46,303 bases of DNA from a virus (taxonomy: Duplodnaviria > Caudoviricetes), in IMG/VR virus record IMGVR_UViG_3300016666_000387, positions 1-46,303 of that record; one strand, 5' to 3'. The position numbers and the translations under genes were made by a program. Shown one piece after another: positions 34,954 to 43,978 of this stretch. The number at the start of each line of letters is the position of its first letter. The stretch's first letter is position 1. The notes below the pieces were generated by a model, which was not told the DNA's origin, searched no databases, and saw nothing but the letters and a program-made list of their open reading frames with translations.

Positions 34954-35429
34954 ACCTCGTAACCTGGGCAGCAAAATGGGGCGTGCCGGCCGCTGCGCTG
35001 GCGGACCTGACCGCCGAGCTGGGCCTGCTGGGCACGCCTGGCGACGAGCCGTACCGCGGCAAGAAGTCCGAAGCGTTCGCGCAGTCGCAAGTGGTGCTGG
35101 AGGGGGCCGAGAAAGGCGTGCGCCTGTTCCGCAACAACGTCGGCGCGCTGCGTGACGAGGGGGGCCGCATGGTGCGCTATGGCCTGGCCAACAGCTCGAA
35201 AGCCGAGAACGAGGTGCTCAAGTCCGCCGACCTGATTGGCTGGCGCATGGTGCTCATTGAGCAGCGCCACGTCGGCAGCCACATTGCCCAGTTCGTCAGC
35301 CGCGAGATCAAGGAGCCGGGTTGGCAGTACGTGGGCGACGAGCACGAGCAGGCGCAATTGGCCTGGGCCGAGCTGGTGGCGGCCGATGGCGGCGATGCGG
35401 CTTTCGCAACTGGACCGGGCACACTGTGA
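34950..35429 (+). CDS. VRR-NUC-type nuclease
   Basis: RLFRNNVG, VRYGL, SADLIG, EIK and EQAQLAW...GGDAAF motifs. Confidence 0.85.
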   Translation: MNLVTWAAKWGVPAAALADLTAELGLLGTPGDEPYRGKKSEAFAQSQVVLEGAEKGVRLFRNNVGALRDEGGRMVRYGLANSSKAENEVLKSADLIGWRMVLIEQRHVGSHIAQFVSREIKEPGWQYVGDEHEQAQLAWAELVAADGGDAAFATGPGTL

Positions 35430-35710
35430 GCCGCGTCCTCAACAAATCGCAAGGATGGTTCCCGGACGCCGTCTACATCGGACGCGGCTCAAAATGGGGC
35501 AACCCGTTCCGCATCGGTCGCGACGGCAACCGCGAGCAAGTGATCAAGAAATATTGCATCTGGCTCGAAACGCAACCCGCCTTGATCCGTGCCGCGCGGG
35601 AAGAACTAGCGGGCAAAGACCTGCTGTGCTTTTGTGCTCCTCGTGCCTGCCATGGCGATGTGCTACGCGCTTTGGCAAACCCTCATAACTCACCTATTGA
35701 AAGCAAATAA
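35426..35710 (+). CDS. DUF4326 protein
   Basis: VYIGRGSKWGNPF...ELAGKDLLCFCAPRACHGDVL. Confidence 0.9.
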   Translation: MSRVLNKSQGWFPDAVYIGRGSKWGNPFRIGRDGNREQVIKKYCIWLETQPALIRAAREELAGKDLLCFCAPRACHGDVLRALANPHNSPIESK

Positions 35711-36597
35711 TGTTTAAAAACGCTCAAATGTACCGCCTCCCCCGCCCTTGGCCCGTCGACCCGGACGAGTTCCAAGAAGCGCTCAAGTCGCAGGCTTTCA
35801 CCCCGTGCTCGAGCATGGAGCTGCAGCGCAGCGGCTGGGCGCCGATCGGCGATCAGGGCATCGTCTACCGAGTCGGTCGCCAGCTGTTCCTGCAGCTGCG
35901 CACCGAGAAGAAGTTACTCCCGGCCAGCGTGATCAAAGAAGTGGCCGCCACGCGTTGCCTGGAGCTGGAAGAGGCACAGGGTTTCGCGCCCGGCCGCAAG
36001 CAGCGCTTGGAGGTGCGCGAGCGCGTGGCCGATGAGCTGCTGCCCCGCGCGTTCTCCGTGCCTTCACGCACTGGCGTCTGGATCGACCCCGTTCATGGCT
36101 GGATGGTGGTGGACGCCGCCAGCTCGGCGCGCGCCGACGACGTGGTGAAACTGCTCCTCAAGGCTATCGACAAGATGCCGCTGGAATCGCTCCGGGTGCA
36201 ATGCCCCCCGGCGGCCATGATGACGCAATGGCTGCATCGGGACGAGGCACCGCAGGGCTTTACCATTGACATGGACGCCACGCTGCGCGCCACGGGCGAG
36301 AGCCGCGCCGTGGTGCAGTACAAGCGCCACACGCTGGAAGCGAATGACCTCGGACGCCACATTGCCGCCGGTAAGCAGTGCGTGCGCTTGGCGCTGACCT
36401 GGGAGGACAAAATCTCCTTCGTGCTATCCGAAGACTTGGCGCTCTCGGGCATCAAAGCATTGGACGTGCTGGAGCAAAACCCCGACGGCAAAGACACGGG
36501 CGAGCGGCTCGACGGCGAGCTCATGCTAATGGCTGGCGAATTAAACGGCCTGTTCATGGCACTGACGGATGCGCTGGGCGGCGAGGCTACAGCATGA
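35710..36597 (+). CDS. rdgC: Recombination-associated protein RdgC
   Basis: MFKNAQMYRL, EKKLLPASVI, ELLPRAF, VDAASSARA and LALTWEDKISFVL motifs. Confidence 0.93.
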   Translation: MFKNAQMYRLPRPWPVDPDEFQEALKSQAFTPCSSMELQRSGWAPIGDQGIVYRVGRQLFLQLRTEKKLLPASVIKEVAATRCLELEEAQGFAPGRKQRLEVRERVADELLPRAFSVPSRTGVWIDPVHGWMVVDAASSARADDVVKLLLKAIDKMPLESLRVQCPPAAMMTQWLHRDEAPQGFTIDMDATLRATGESRAVVQYKRHTLEANDLGRHIAAGKQCVRLALTWEDKISFVLSEDLALSGIKALDVLEQNPDGKDTGERLDGELMLMAGELNGLFMALTDALGGEATA

Positions 36598-36836
36598 ATA
36601 CTTACGAAAAACAATTTATCGCAAAATGCCCCAACAACGGGGAAATGATCCTTTACCAGTTCCGCTTGCAGGTTAAAAACCGCATGGTACTGGTGGAACA
36701 CATCAATACCGCGTGTGCTTTGCATAAAACCGGGTACCACGAAGACATAGCTAATGCTTTGTTCGAGCGTTTTGGCGGGGTCCAAACGCTTAAAGCGCGT
36801 CATGATGGGGTCGACATCACTACGGAGCGCTCATGA
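36594..36836 (+). CDS. Miniature QueF-like (T-fold) protein
   Basis: 80 aa; CPNNG, LVEHI, YHEDIA and HDGVDI match the Cys-Pro, E, HE and GV pattern of QueF/QueF-L. Confidence 0.65.
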   Translation: MNTYEKQFIAKCPNNGEMILYQFRLQVKNRMVLVEHINTACALHKTGYHEDIANALFERFGGVQTLKARHDGVDITTERS

Positions 36837-37549
36837 TTCATTACCACGGGGCTCCCATCTGGCCTCTCAAAGCTGCGGCCGAGATCTTCCCAAATGCGCA
36901 TGTCTTCGTGTGCGTCAATAACGCCGAGCAAATGGCCCTAATCCTTCTTTGCTGCTCAAGTTTCGCAGTAGACAACGGGGCTTTCCCCGCTTGGCGGAGC
37001 GGGGCTCCTATTACCGACTGGGGACCCTACTACGAATGGGTAGATGAAATACGAAAATACCCTCAATTTGATTTTGCGGTCATCCCGGACGTTATCGACG
37101 GCGATGAAGCAGCCAATGACGCTCTTATCCTTGAATGGCCTTGGGCAAAGTCTCACCCGCATTTAGGCGCGCCAGTGTGGCACATGCACGAGTCTGTCGA
37201 AAGGCTAGTCCGCCTGGCGCTTGCGTTCCCTCGGATCTGTATTGGCAGTTCGGGTGAATTCTCCGCTGTCGGGACCGCGAAATGGTGGGACCGAATGGCA
37301 GTTGCTCTATGCGCAATTTGTGACCCAGAAGGGCGTCCTATTTGCAAATTGCATGGCTTACGGATGCTGAATCCTGCGGTATTTAGCCGGCTTCCTCTTT
37401 CTAGCGCGGATAGCACGAATATCGCCATCAATGCCAAGTTAGATAAAAAATGGAAAGGCACGTACACCCCGGTGAGCGTGGCCGCGAGGGGGATAGTAAT
37501 GCGGGGGCGAATCGAATCTCACCAAGCCCTCAGCGCGTGGGGGCCGTGA
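36833..37549 (+). CDS. TGT/DpdA-like base-exchange transglycosylase
   Basis: DNGAF, IPDVIDG, PVWH, ICIGS, LHGL and SADST motifs of the tRNA-guanine transglycosylase barrel. Confidence 0.75.
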   Translation: MIHYHGAPIWPLKAAAEIFPNAHVFVCVNNAEQMALILLCCSSFAVDNGAFPAWRSGAPITDWGPYYEWVDEIRKYPQFDFAVIPDVIDGDEAANDALILEWPWAKSHPHLGAPVWHMHESVERLVRLALAFPRICIGSSGEFSAVGTAKWWDRMAVALCAICDPEGRPICKLHGLRMLNPAVFSRLPLSSADSTNIAINAKLDKKWKGTYTPVSVAARGIVMRGRIESHQALSAWGP

Positions 37550-37578
37550 CCTGTGAAACGCTGGATCGGTAAAAGGCT

Positions 37579-37609
37579 ATTGACGAGTTCGTCAATTACA
37601 GCATAGACT
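37579..37609 (+). promoter_or_regulatory. Promoter (family B) with operator upstream of the TetR-like gene
   Basis: TTGACG-18bp-TAGACT; palindrome at 37579-37596. Confidence 0.78.
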
Positions 37610-37637
37610 CACGGAAACACCTTTGAGATTGATCAAC

Positions 37638-37940
37638 ATGACCGCTAAATTGAAACCGAACGACCGCCGCGCGCAGATCCTCGACGCCGCCCTCACCCTC
37701 GCCGCCAAGGAGGGCTACCAGCGCGTGACCCGCGAGGCTGTGGGCGTGGCGGCCGGCATTGCGCCAGCGCTGATCTCGTACTTGTTCGGCACCATGCCGG
37801 ACTTCCGCCGCGACATCATGCGCGCCGCCGTGCGCGGGCGCAACCTGGCCGTGCTGGCGCAGGGCCTGGCCGCCGGCGATGCGCACGCCCGCAAGGCGCC
37901 ACAAGAACTCATCGACCAAGCTCTCGCCGCCCTCAAATGA
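37638..37940 (+). CDS. TetR-like HTH transcriptional regulator (short)
   Basis: RRAQILDAALTL...GYQRVT...AAGIAPALISYLFGT. Confidence 0.85.
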   Translation: MTAKLKPNDRRAQILDAALTLAAKEGYQRVTREAVGVAAGIAPALISYLFGTMPDFRRDIMRAAVRGRNLAVLAQGLAAGDAHARKAPQELIDQALAALK

Positions 37941-40327
37941 ACCGACTCCCCGACGCGCTGGCCACGCTCGCGGCTTACAGGCAGTTTGTCGTCTGTCAAT
38001 TCGTCCCCGACCTTGAACGGCCGGGCAAAACCCACAAATACCCGCTAAATATCTACGACGGCCGCAAGCATGACGCCCACGATTCAAGCATCTGGCTTGA
38101 TGCCGAGACAGCCGTGCGCACGGCAGCCGCATGGGGCACCGGGTATGGCGTCGGCTTCTCCTTCACCGAGCAAGACCCTTTCTTTTTCATCGACGTGGAC
38201 AACTGCCTGGACGCCAACGGCGCGTGGACGCCGATTGTTGCCGAGCTGTGCGGCGAGCTCAACGGCGCCGCCGTCGAGGTGAGCCAATCCGGCCGCGGCC
38301 TTCACATCATCGGCACGGGCAACGTGACCGACGAGCGCCGTTGCAAGGACAAGACGAACCAGTTGTTCGACCTCTACACCAAGAAACGCTTTGTGGCGCT
38401 GACGGGCACAGCCATCGTGGGCAGCGCCAGCACCGAGCACAGCGCCGGCTTGGCGCGCCTGGTCGAGCGCCACCTCCAGCGCAACGGCACGGCCGAGGGC
38501 AAGGACTACGGCTGGACGGTGGGCCGCCAGGAGGGTCGCGGGCCAGATGACGACGCCGACCTGCTGCGCCGCGCCCTGGCCAGCTCCAGCGCGGCCGCCG
38601 CGTTCGGCAGCAAGGCATCGTTCAAGGACCTGTTCGAGTGCAACGTCGAGGTGCTGGCCAAGGTCTACCCGCCGGACGGCAACAGCCATGACGCTTACGG
38701 TGCCAGTGAGGTGGACCGTGCGCTGGCGCAGCATCTGATGTTCTGGACCGGCAAGGACTGCGAGCGCACCGAACGCATCATGCGCATGTCGTCCCTGGTG
38801 CGCGCCAAGTGGGATGACCGCGAGGACTATCTCACCCGCACCATCATGTCCGCCATCCGCGTGCAGGGCGATGTGATCAGCGACAAGGAACCCGAGCCGG
38901 TCGTCATCGATGCCCTGCTGCCCCCGACCGACATGTCCAAGCCGGGCGAGGCGGCCAAGGCCATCATGATCGAGGGCTCGACGTACAGCAACCTGGCCGA
39001 CCAGCTGGTTCAATTCGCGGGCTGCACCTACGTTTTTGATGAAAGCCGCATTCTGACGCAAGGCGGCCTCCTGCTCAAGCCCGACCAGTTCCGCGTGCTG
39101 TTCGGCGGGTACTCGTTCGTCATGAGCCACGAGAACGACCGCACCAGCCGGGACGCTTACGAGGCATTCACGCAGTCCCAAGCTATCAAGCACCCGCGCG
39201 CCGATAGTACTTGCTTCAAGCCCGACCGCGCGCCGGGCGAGATCATCCGTGACGCCGGCCGCTCCCGCGTCAATACTTGGTGGCCCGTGGACGTGCCGCG
39301 CGCGGTGGGCGACGTGACGCCGTTCCTTACGCACATGGCCAAGCTGCTGCCAGACGAGCGCGACCGCATGATTCTGCTGGCGTACATGGCCGCCTGCGTG
39401 CAGCACAAGGGCTACAAATTCCAATGGGCGCCGCTGCTACAGGGCGTCGAGGGCAACGGCAAGACGCTGCTCACCCGCTGCGTGGCCGAGGCCATCGGCA
39501 AGCGGTACGTGCACTGGCCCAAGGCCTCGAAGCTGGCCAAAGAGTTCAATGCCTGGATGCGCAACAAGCTGTTCTACGGCGTCGAGGACATCTATGTGGG
39601 CGGCAACCGCCGGGATGTGATCGAGGAGCTCAAGCCGATGATAACGGGCGACGATCTGGAGATCGAAGGCAAAGGCGTGGACCAGGTGACGAGCGACATT
39701 TGCGGCAACTTCATGTTCAACTCGAACCACAAGGACGCCATCATCAAGACCCGCAACGACCGGCGTTTCGCCGTGCTGTATGCCGCCCAGCAGCACGAGA
39801 GCGACCTGCGCCGCGATGGGATGGACTCGAAGTACATGCACACGCTGTACAACTGGCTCAAGACCGGCGGCTATGCCATCGTGTCCGAGCTGCTGCACAC
39901 TTTCCCGATTCCGGACGAGTTCAACCCGGCCACCAGCTGCCAGCGCGCGCCGACCACGACCAGCACCGAGGAAGCGATCAGCGAGAGCCTGGGCAGCATT
40001 GAGCAGGACGTGCTGGAGGCAATCGCGCAGGGCACGCCCGGCTTTGCCGGCGGCTGGGTTTCCTCGATGGCGCTGGACGATCTGCTGGCGAACCGCCGCG
40101 TGTCGCGCAACAAGCGCCGCGACATCATGACCGTGCTCGGCTACAGCACGCACCCAGGCCTGCCCGACGGCCGCGTCAACAACGTGGTCAACCCCGACGG
40201 CGGCCGCCCGCGCCTCTACATTCTCAACGACCACGCGGCGCGCCACATCACCGGCGCGGCCGAGATCGCCCGAGCCTACAGCCAGGCCCAAGTTGTTCAA
40301 CCCGTACCATCTTCCTTTGGAGCTTAA
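37937..40327 (+). CDS. Primase-helicase (AEP prim-pol fused to a P-loop NTPase)
   Basis: FIDVDNC, EVSQSGRGLHI and RFVALTG; GVEGNGKT Walker A, VEDI Walker B, NSN and DRRF. Confidence 0.92.
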   Translation: MNRLPDALATLAAYRQFVVCQFVPDLERPGKTHKYPLNIYDGRKHDAHDSSIWLDAETAVRTAAAWGTGYGVGFSFTEQDPFFFIDVDNCLDANGAWTPIVAELCGELNGAAVEVSQSGRGLHIIGTGNVTDERRCKDKTNQLFDLYTKKRFVALTGTAIVGSASTEHSAGLARLVERHLQRNGTAEGKDYGWTVGRQEGRGPDDDADLLRRALASSSAAAAFGSKASFKDLFECNVEVLAKVYPPDGNSHDAYGASEVDRALAQHLMFWTGKDCERTERIMRMSSLVRAKWDDREDYLTRTIMSAIRVQGDVISDKEPEPVVIDALLPPTDMSKPGEAAKAIMIEGSTYSNLADQLVQFAGCTYVFDESRILTQGGLLLKPDQFRVLFGGYSFVMSHENDRTSRDAYEAFTQSQAIKHPRADSTCFKPDRAPGEIIRDAGRSRVNTWWPVDVPRAVGDVTPFLTHMAKLLPDERDRMILLAYMAACVQHKGYKFQWAPLLQGVEGNGKTLLTRCVAEAIGKRYVHWPKASKLAKEFNAWMRNKLFYGVEDIYVGGNRRDVIEELKPMITGDDLEIEGKGVDQVTSDICGNFMFNSNHKDAIIKTRNDRRFAVLYAAQQHESDLRRDGMDSKYMHTLYNWLKTGGYAIVSELLHTFPIPDEFNPATSCQRAPTTTSTEEAISESLGSIEQDVLEAIAQGTPGFAGGWVSSMALDDLLANRRVSRNKRRDIMTVLGYSTHPGLPDGRVNNVVNPDGGRPRLYILNDHAARHITGAAEIARAYSQAQVVQPVPSSFGA

Positions 40328-40330
40328 TTT

Positions 40331-40594
40331 ATGAACGCGCACCTCGTCATTTTTCATTCGGGCAGCCCGCAGTGGGAGATAGGCGACCCGACGTATTACC
40401 CGGATGGCAGCTTAGAATCGGCTTGGGTCAAAAATGGCAACTGGTTTTTGAAGCGCCGGGAGGATGGGATGCTCACCTCTCATGCTGCTCCAGAAGGGGT
40501 GCCGCGCGGTTCCTTCCGCGTGGAAAACTTCGCCGTCGTGGCAATTGAGTGCGAACGAGACCCGATTGCAGCGTGGTTTGCTTGCAAAGAGTGA
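40331..40594 (+). CDS. Hypothetical protein
   Basis: 87-aa ORF directly after the primase. Confidence 0.6.
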   Translation: MNAHLVIFHSGSPQWEIGDPTYYPDGSLESAWVKNGNWFLKRREDGMLTSHAAPEGVPRGSFRVENFAVVAIECERDPIAAWFACKE

Positions 40595-40666
40595 ATCTTG
40601 AAATAAGCAGTTTCCGTACCGCCATCGTAGTAGAATCCGGGGAGGACCATTTCCCCGGAGCTCATC

Positions 40667-41038
40667 ATGCAATCCTCTGTTCCAAATAATAATTTGACCG
40701 TAGTGGGCACTGTGCCCGGCAGCGTTGACGCCCAAGGCGTCTGGACTCCTTCGCCTGGCGGCGGGGGCGGTGGTGGCGGCCCGGCATCAATCGCTGATGG
40801 CGCCGACGTAACACAGGGTGCTAAAGCCGATACGCGCGCCACCTGGTACGACAGCGTGGCCAGTCTCGTGTCGCTGGTCAAGCTCTGGATCGCGGTGGCG
40901 GTTGACGCAGGTAGCCACGAATACGCGTACTCGGGCGGCCAGCTCATTACCGACGCCTGGACCTTGTTCGGCACCACTCGCACGAAAACCTATACCTACG
41001 TGGCTGGCGTGCTGACCGCAGAAAGTGACTGGGCTTAA
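40667..41038 (+). CDS. Putative virion adaptor protein with poly-Gly linker
   Basis: PSPGGGGGGGGPA linker; beta-rich C-terminus RTKTYTYVAGVLTAESDW; GGAG RBS. Confidence 0.7.
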   Translation: MQSSVPNNNLTVVGTVPGSVDAQGVWTPSPGGGGGGGGPASIADGADVTQGAKADTRATWYDSVASLVSLVKLWIAVAVDAGSHEYAYSGGQLITDAWTLFGTTRTKTYTYVAGVLTAESDWA

Positions 41039-41039
41039 T

Positions 41040-42704
41040 ATGGCTGGCTTCGGATGGTTCAAGAAGAATGCAACACTGGCCGGGTTGATCTCCGCTATCG
41101 GCGCCACTTTCCAAATCCCCGGCGTGGGCTCTGTGCCCGCCCCTTGGCGCAAGCGCGCCAGCTCGATCATGTACTTGGGCGACAGCATTTTCAACAAGGG
41201 AACGCACCTGCCCAATACTCCAGTTGACCGCTGCACGCGGGGCGTGAACGCAGCGCTTCCCAACATCAACGCGGGCGGTCTGTTCATCGTGCTGATGGAA
41301 GCAAGTGCCGAATGCCCAACCGGCAATGGCACGCTTCGTTTCGAGGCATCAACGAACCGGCTGTTCTGGACCGCGCCGGGCGACGTGGAAGGCGTGGGCG
41401 TTGTGATCTCAAGCGCGCAATGCTTCTACATGTTGCCTAGCGGCACTTTTGCCAACGCCCTGTATATCGGCACCGTGGCTCGCCTGATGCCCGTGGTAAA
41501 CAAGACAGATACCTTTTTGGTCAACTCGGTTATTACGATGACGCGCCAGGCCAATGCGGGGACGGCGGGTATCGCATGCTGGACGCAGGCATTGCTGGGG
41601 AACCCCTTCTCCACGTCGCTGTCCTACACGATCCCAACCAGCCGTGCCTCCGATTGGCGCGCCGCTCGCGCAACATGGGAAAACGTCTACACGGACATCA
41701 CGGATCTGTTCCTGGGCACGAACGATCTCCAGACAGGCTCGCAGGCCGAAGTGGCGCAGATCTTGGCGAACCTTGAATGGATCGCAACGCGGCGCCAAGC
41801 TATTGGCTCGCTGGTCAAGCTGACCTGTCTCCTGCCTTACGACGCACGCAGCGCCACGCTCACGGCGGCCACGATGCAAGTCAATGCGGGCATCCGTGCC
41901 TTGGGCGAGAAGCTCAATTGCGACGTGGCGGATGGCTGGCCATGTGTCGCGGCGCCCATGGGCACTGGCGGCTATGCCCCGGTCATGTCCCCCGATGGAC
42001 TGCATCCTGGGTCACGGGCCGCATACCTGATCGCCAGCCGCACCGAGGTGCCCATCTTGCGCAAGTACGTCGAGCCAATCGACCCAACGCAGTTTGCCGG
42101 TACGGCCTATAACGCCGTTACCGCGCCGCAAGGAAACCTGTTGACCAATGGGGTCATGGCCGGCACGGGCGGTACGATTGGTGCCCGCGTCGTTGGCGCA
42201 ATGCCCAACTCGTGGACGGCGGCCTTTAACGTCGGTTCGGTCATGACCGCCGAAGTCATTCCGGCAGCAGATGCGCGGGCTACGCCTATCGGCAACGGGT
42301 ACCAAGGCAACTGGACAACGTGCATTCTCGACAACACTGGCGGCGTGACGCATGAAACGTTCGAGATCCGCAGCTCGTCAATCGTGCCCGCCGGGAACTA
42401 TGCGCCCGGCGACAAGATCGTCTACGAGGGTATTTGCCAGATATCAGGCGCAGGCATTGGGTTCTTGTACGTGTCTGCTACCTTGACCGCACAGACCGGC
42501 GTGGCCCTCAATCTGGACTCCAGCACCACCTCAGGGTCTGGCATGGAAGACTTGGGCGGGGACCTCGTAACTATCCCGTTCCGCTCAATGCCGATGTACC
42601 TGGAGAACGCTGCGGCCAACATGCGGGCCAGTCTGTCCCTTGGCATGCGCGCAAATGGCCGTGCCATCCTGCGTTTCGGCCCACTCACCATCCGGAAAGT
42701 CTGA
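41040..42704 (+). CDS. SGNH/GDSL esterase with C-terminal beta-sandwich (putative virion appendage)
   Basis: GDSI, GTND and DGLHP catalytic blocks. Confidence 0.85.
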   Translation: MAGFGWFKKNATLAGLISAIGATFQIPGVGSVPAPWRKRASSIMYLGDSIFNKGTHLPNTPVDRCTRGVNAALPNINAGGLFIVLMEASAECPTGNGTLRFEASTNRLFWTAPGDVEGVGVVISSAQCFYMLPSGTFANALYIGTVARLMPVVNKTDTFLVNSVITMTRQANAGTAGIACWTQALLGNPFSTSLSYTIPTSRASDWRAARATWENVYTDITDLFLGTNDLQTGSQAEVAQILANLEWIATRRQAIGSLVKLTCLLPYDARSATLTAATMQVNAGIRALGEKLNCDVADGWPCVAAPMGTGGYAPVMSPDGLHPGSRAAYLIASRTEVPILRKYVEPIDPTQFAGTAYNAVTAPQGNLLTNGVMAGTGGTIGARVVGAMPNSWTAAFNVGSVMTAEVIPAADARATPIGNGYQGNWTTCILDNTGGVTHETFEIRSSSIVPAGNYAPGDKIVYEGICQISGAGIGFLYVSATLTAQTGVALNLDSSTTSGSGMEDLGGDLVTIPFRSMPMYLENAAANMRASLSLGMRANGRAILRFGPLTIRKV

Positions 42705-42705
42705 C

Positions 42706-43047
42706 ATGTTATACGACCCTACTTCAGCGAAAAACAGCCGCCTGGCCATCACCAAGGTGGCCGCCGTATCCGACGCTTACAGCTACACGGTCATGCTGGA
42801 GGACACCATTGTGCGGATGGACTGCACGACGTTCTCGGGCACTGCCGTGCTGCCTACGGCGGCTGCAGCGCGCGGCGCCACCTATACGCTCAAGGTGGCC
42901 GCAGTGGGCGCGACCAAGACCGCGACCCTGAAAGCTGCCGGCGCCGAGTTGATCGATGGTGCAAACACCGTCGTGCTGTCGCTGGCCAAAGCCTGGGTGA
43001 CGGTGATCAGCGACGGCGTATCCTGGGACATCATCGCCAAAGGTTAG
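42706..43047 (+). CDS. Small fibre-type beta domain protein
   Basis: TAVLPTAA...G.TY.LK...IDGAN...VISDGVSW pattern of phage fibre domains. Confidence 0.7.
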   Translation: MLYDPTSAKNSRLAITKVAAVSDAYSYTVMLEDTIVRMDCTTFSGTAVLPTAAAARGATYTLKVAAVGATKTATLKAAGAELIDGANTVVLSLAKAWVTVISDGVSWDIIAKG

Positions 43048-43574
43048 CGCGCCCAGTTATCACTCGGGCCGCTGTCCTCGTCCCCTTCATTCGCCGCCGC
43101 AATTTGGGCGGCGAGTCTTTTTGTGGTCTCGGCTTGCGCGGCCTGGCGCTGCACCTTGCGCGTCTCGGCCCACAGCATATCGCCGTAGGCTTTCAATCCA
43201 GTAACAGATGCTGCCGGCGCCATGACGCGGTAGAACGGCTCGCCTGGCTTGCGCGGGCTTGGGCGCGGCAGATCTTCCGGCTTCAACTCCGGGTAGGCCA
43301 GAACGAACTCAGCTTGCAGCATTTCGTAAAAAGCTTTGACGTCGGCGTGATCAATAAGTTGCCAAAAAATACGCAATTCACTCAGCGCCGTCGTGCGAGC
43401 GCTCGTGTTCGTCTCGACTTGTTCATGGATTCGGCCGTTGCTGGCGGCCACACAAGCGCAGCAGGAGGCGGCTTTCGTGTACCGTTCGGACAGATGGCCG
43501 TGCTTGCAAGGCACTCCAGTGTAGTATTTAGTCAAATTTTGGGCTACAGCGGTTTGGCGGTCGATAATTTCCAT
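43044..43574 (-). CDS. Protein with YxTGxPCKHGH Zn-binding N-domain
   Basis: YYTGVPCKHGHLSERY...CCAC; no HNH nuclease motif visible. Confidence 0.75.
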   Translation of the reverse strand: MEIIDRQTAVAQNLTKYYTGVPCKHGHLSERYTKAASCCACVAASNGRIHEQVETNTSARTTALSELRIFWQLIDHADVKAFYEMLQAEFVLAYPELKPEDLPRPSPRKPGEPFYRVMAPAASVTGLKAYGDMLWAETRKVQRQAAQAETTKRLAAQIAAANEGDEDSGPSDNWAR

Positions 43575-43575
43575 G

Positions 43576-43860
43576 ATTTAAGTAAGTAAAAGTAAGTGGA
43601 AAGTAAGCATTTTAACTTACTTAACTTAATAATTAAAGTAAGTAAATTCTTCCTCCAGCGATTCCTCGGACTTAATAACAGGCGGCCAGTTGCTTTACTG
43701 ACAAGTTATTAAGCCTTTTTCTACTCCAATTCTTACACCTTACATTTTCTCCCCCCGCAGGGACTGAATGGTTACATCATTATGTTTAAGTACTTAAACT
43801 TAACTAAGTACAGTTCTTAGAAACGTTTTGAAGCGTTCGGAGTGGTAAGAATTGGGGTAA
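43576..43860. repeat. AT-rich repeat/palindrome region, candidate replication origin or pac region
   Basis: AAGTAAG at 43580, 43590, 43601, 43636 and inverted at 43616; 16-bp palindrome at 43784-43799; inverted boxes at 43722-43736 and 43845-43859. Confidence 0.7.
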
Positions 43861-43978
43861 AGCATCGGGCGTGGCTATCGGGGCTTGTGGTCAACGATGG
43901 GACGGGATGCGGGAAGGCTGAACAAGCGAGATGAATAATTCTCCAGAAACCCGACAAATCCTCGGCTACAATACGCGC

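Noticed and set aside
37638-37940. TetR-like gene as a lysogeny repressor implying a temperate lifestyle
   Set aside because: No integrase, partition system or cI/cro-like switch seen; more simply a replication-module regulator
43044-43574. HNH homing endonuclease
   Set aside because: Only the N-terminal CKHGH Zn motif is present; no HNH catalytic motif
43784-43799. Palindrome as a protelomerase (tel) site of a linear plasmid-phage
   Set aside because: Perfect symmetry spans only 16 bp, and no protelomerase or parAB genes were seen
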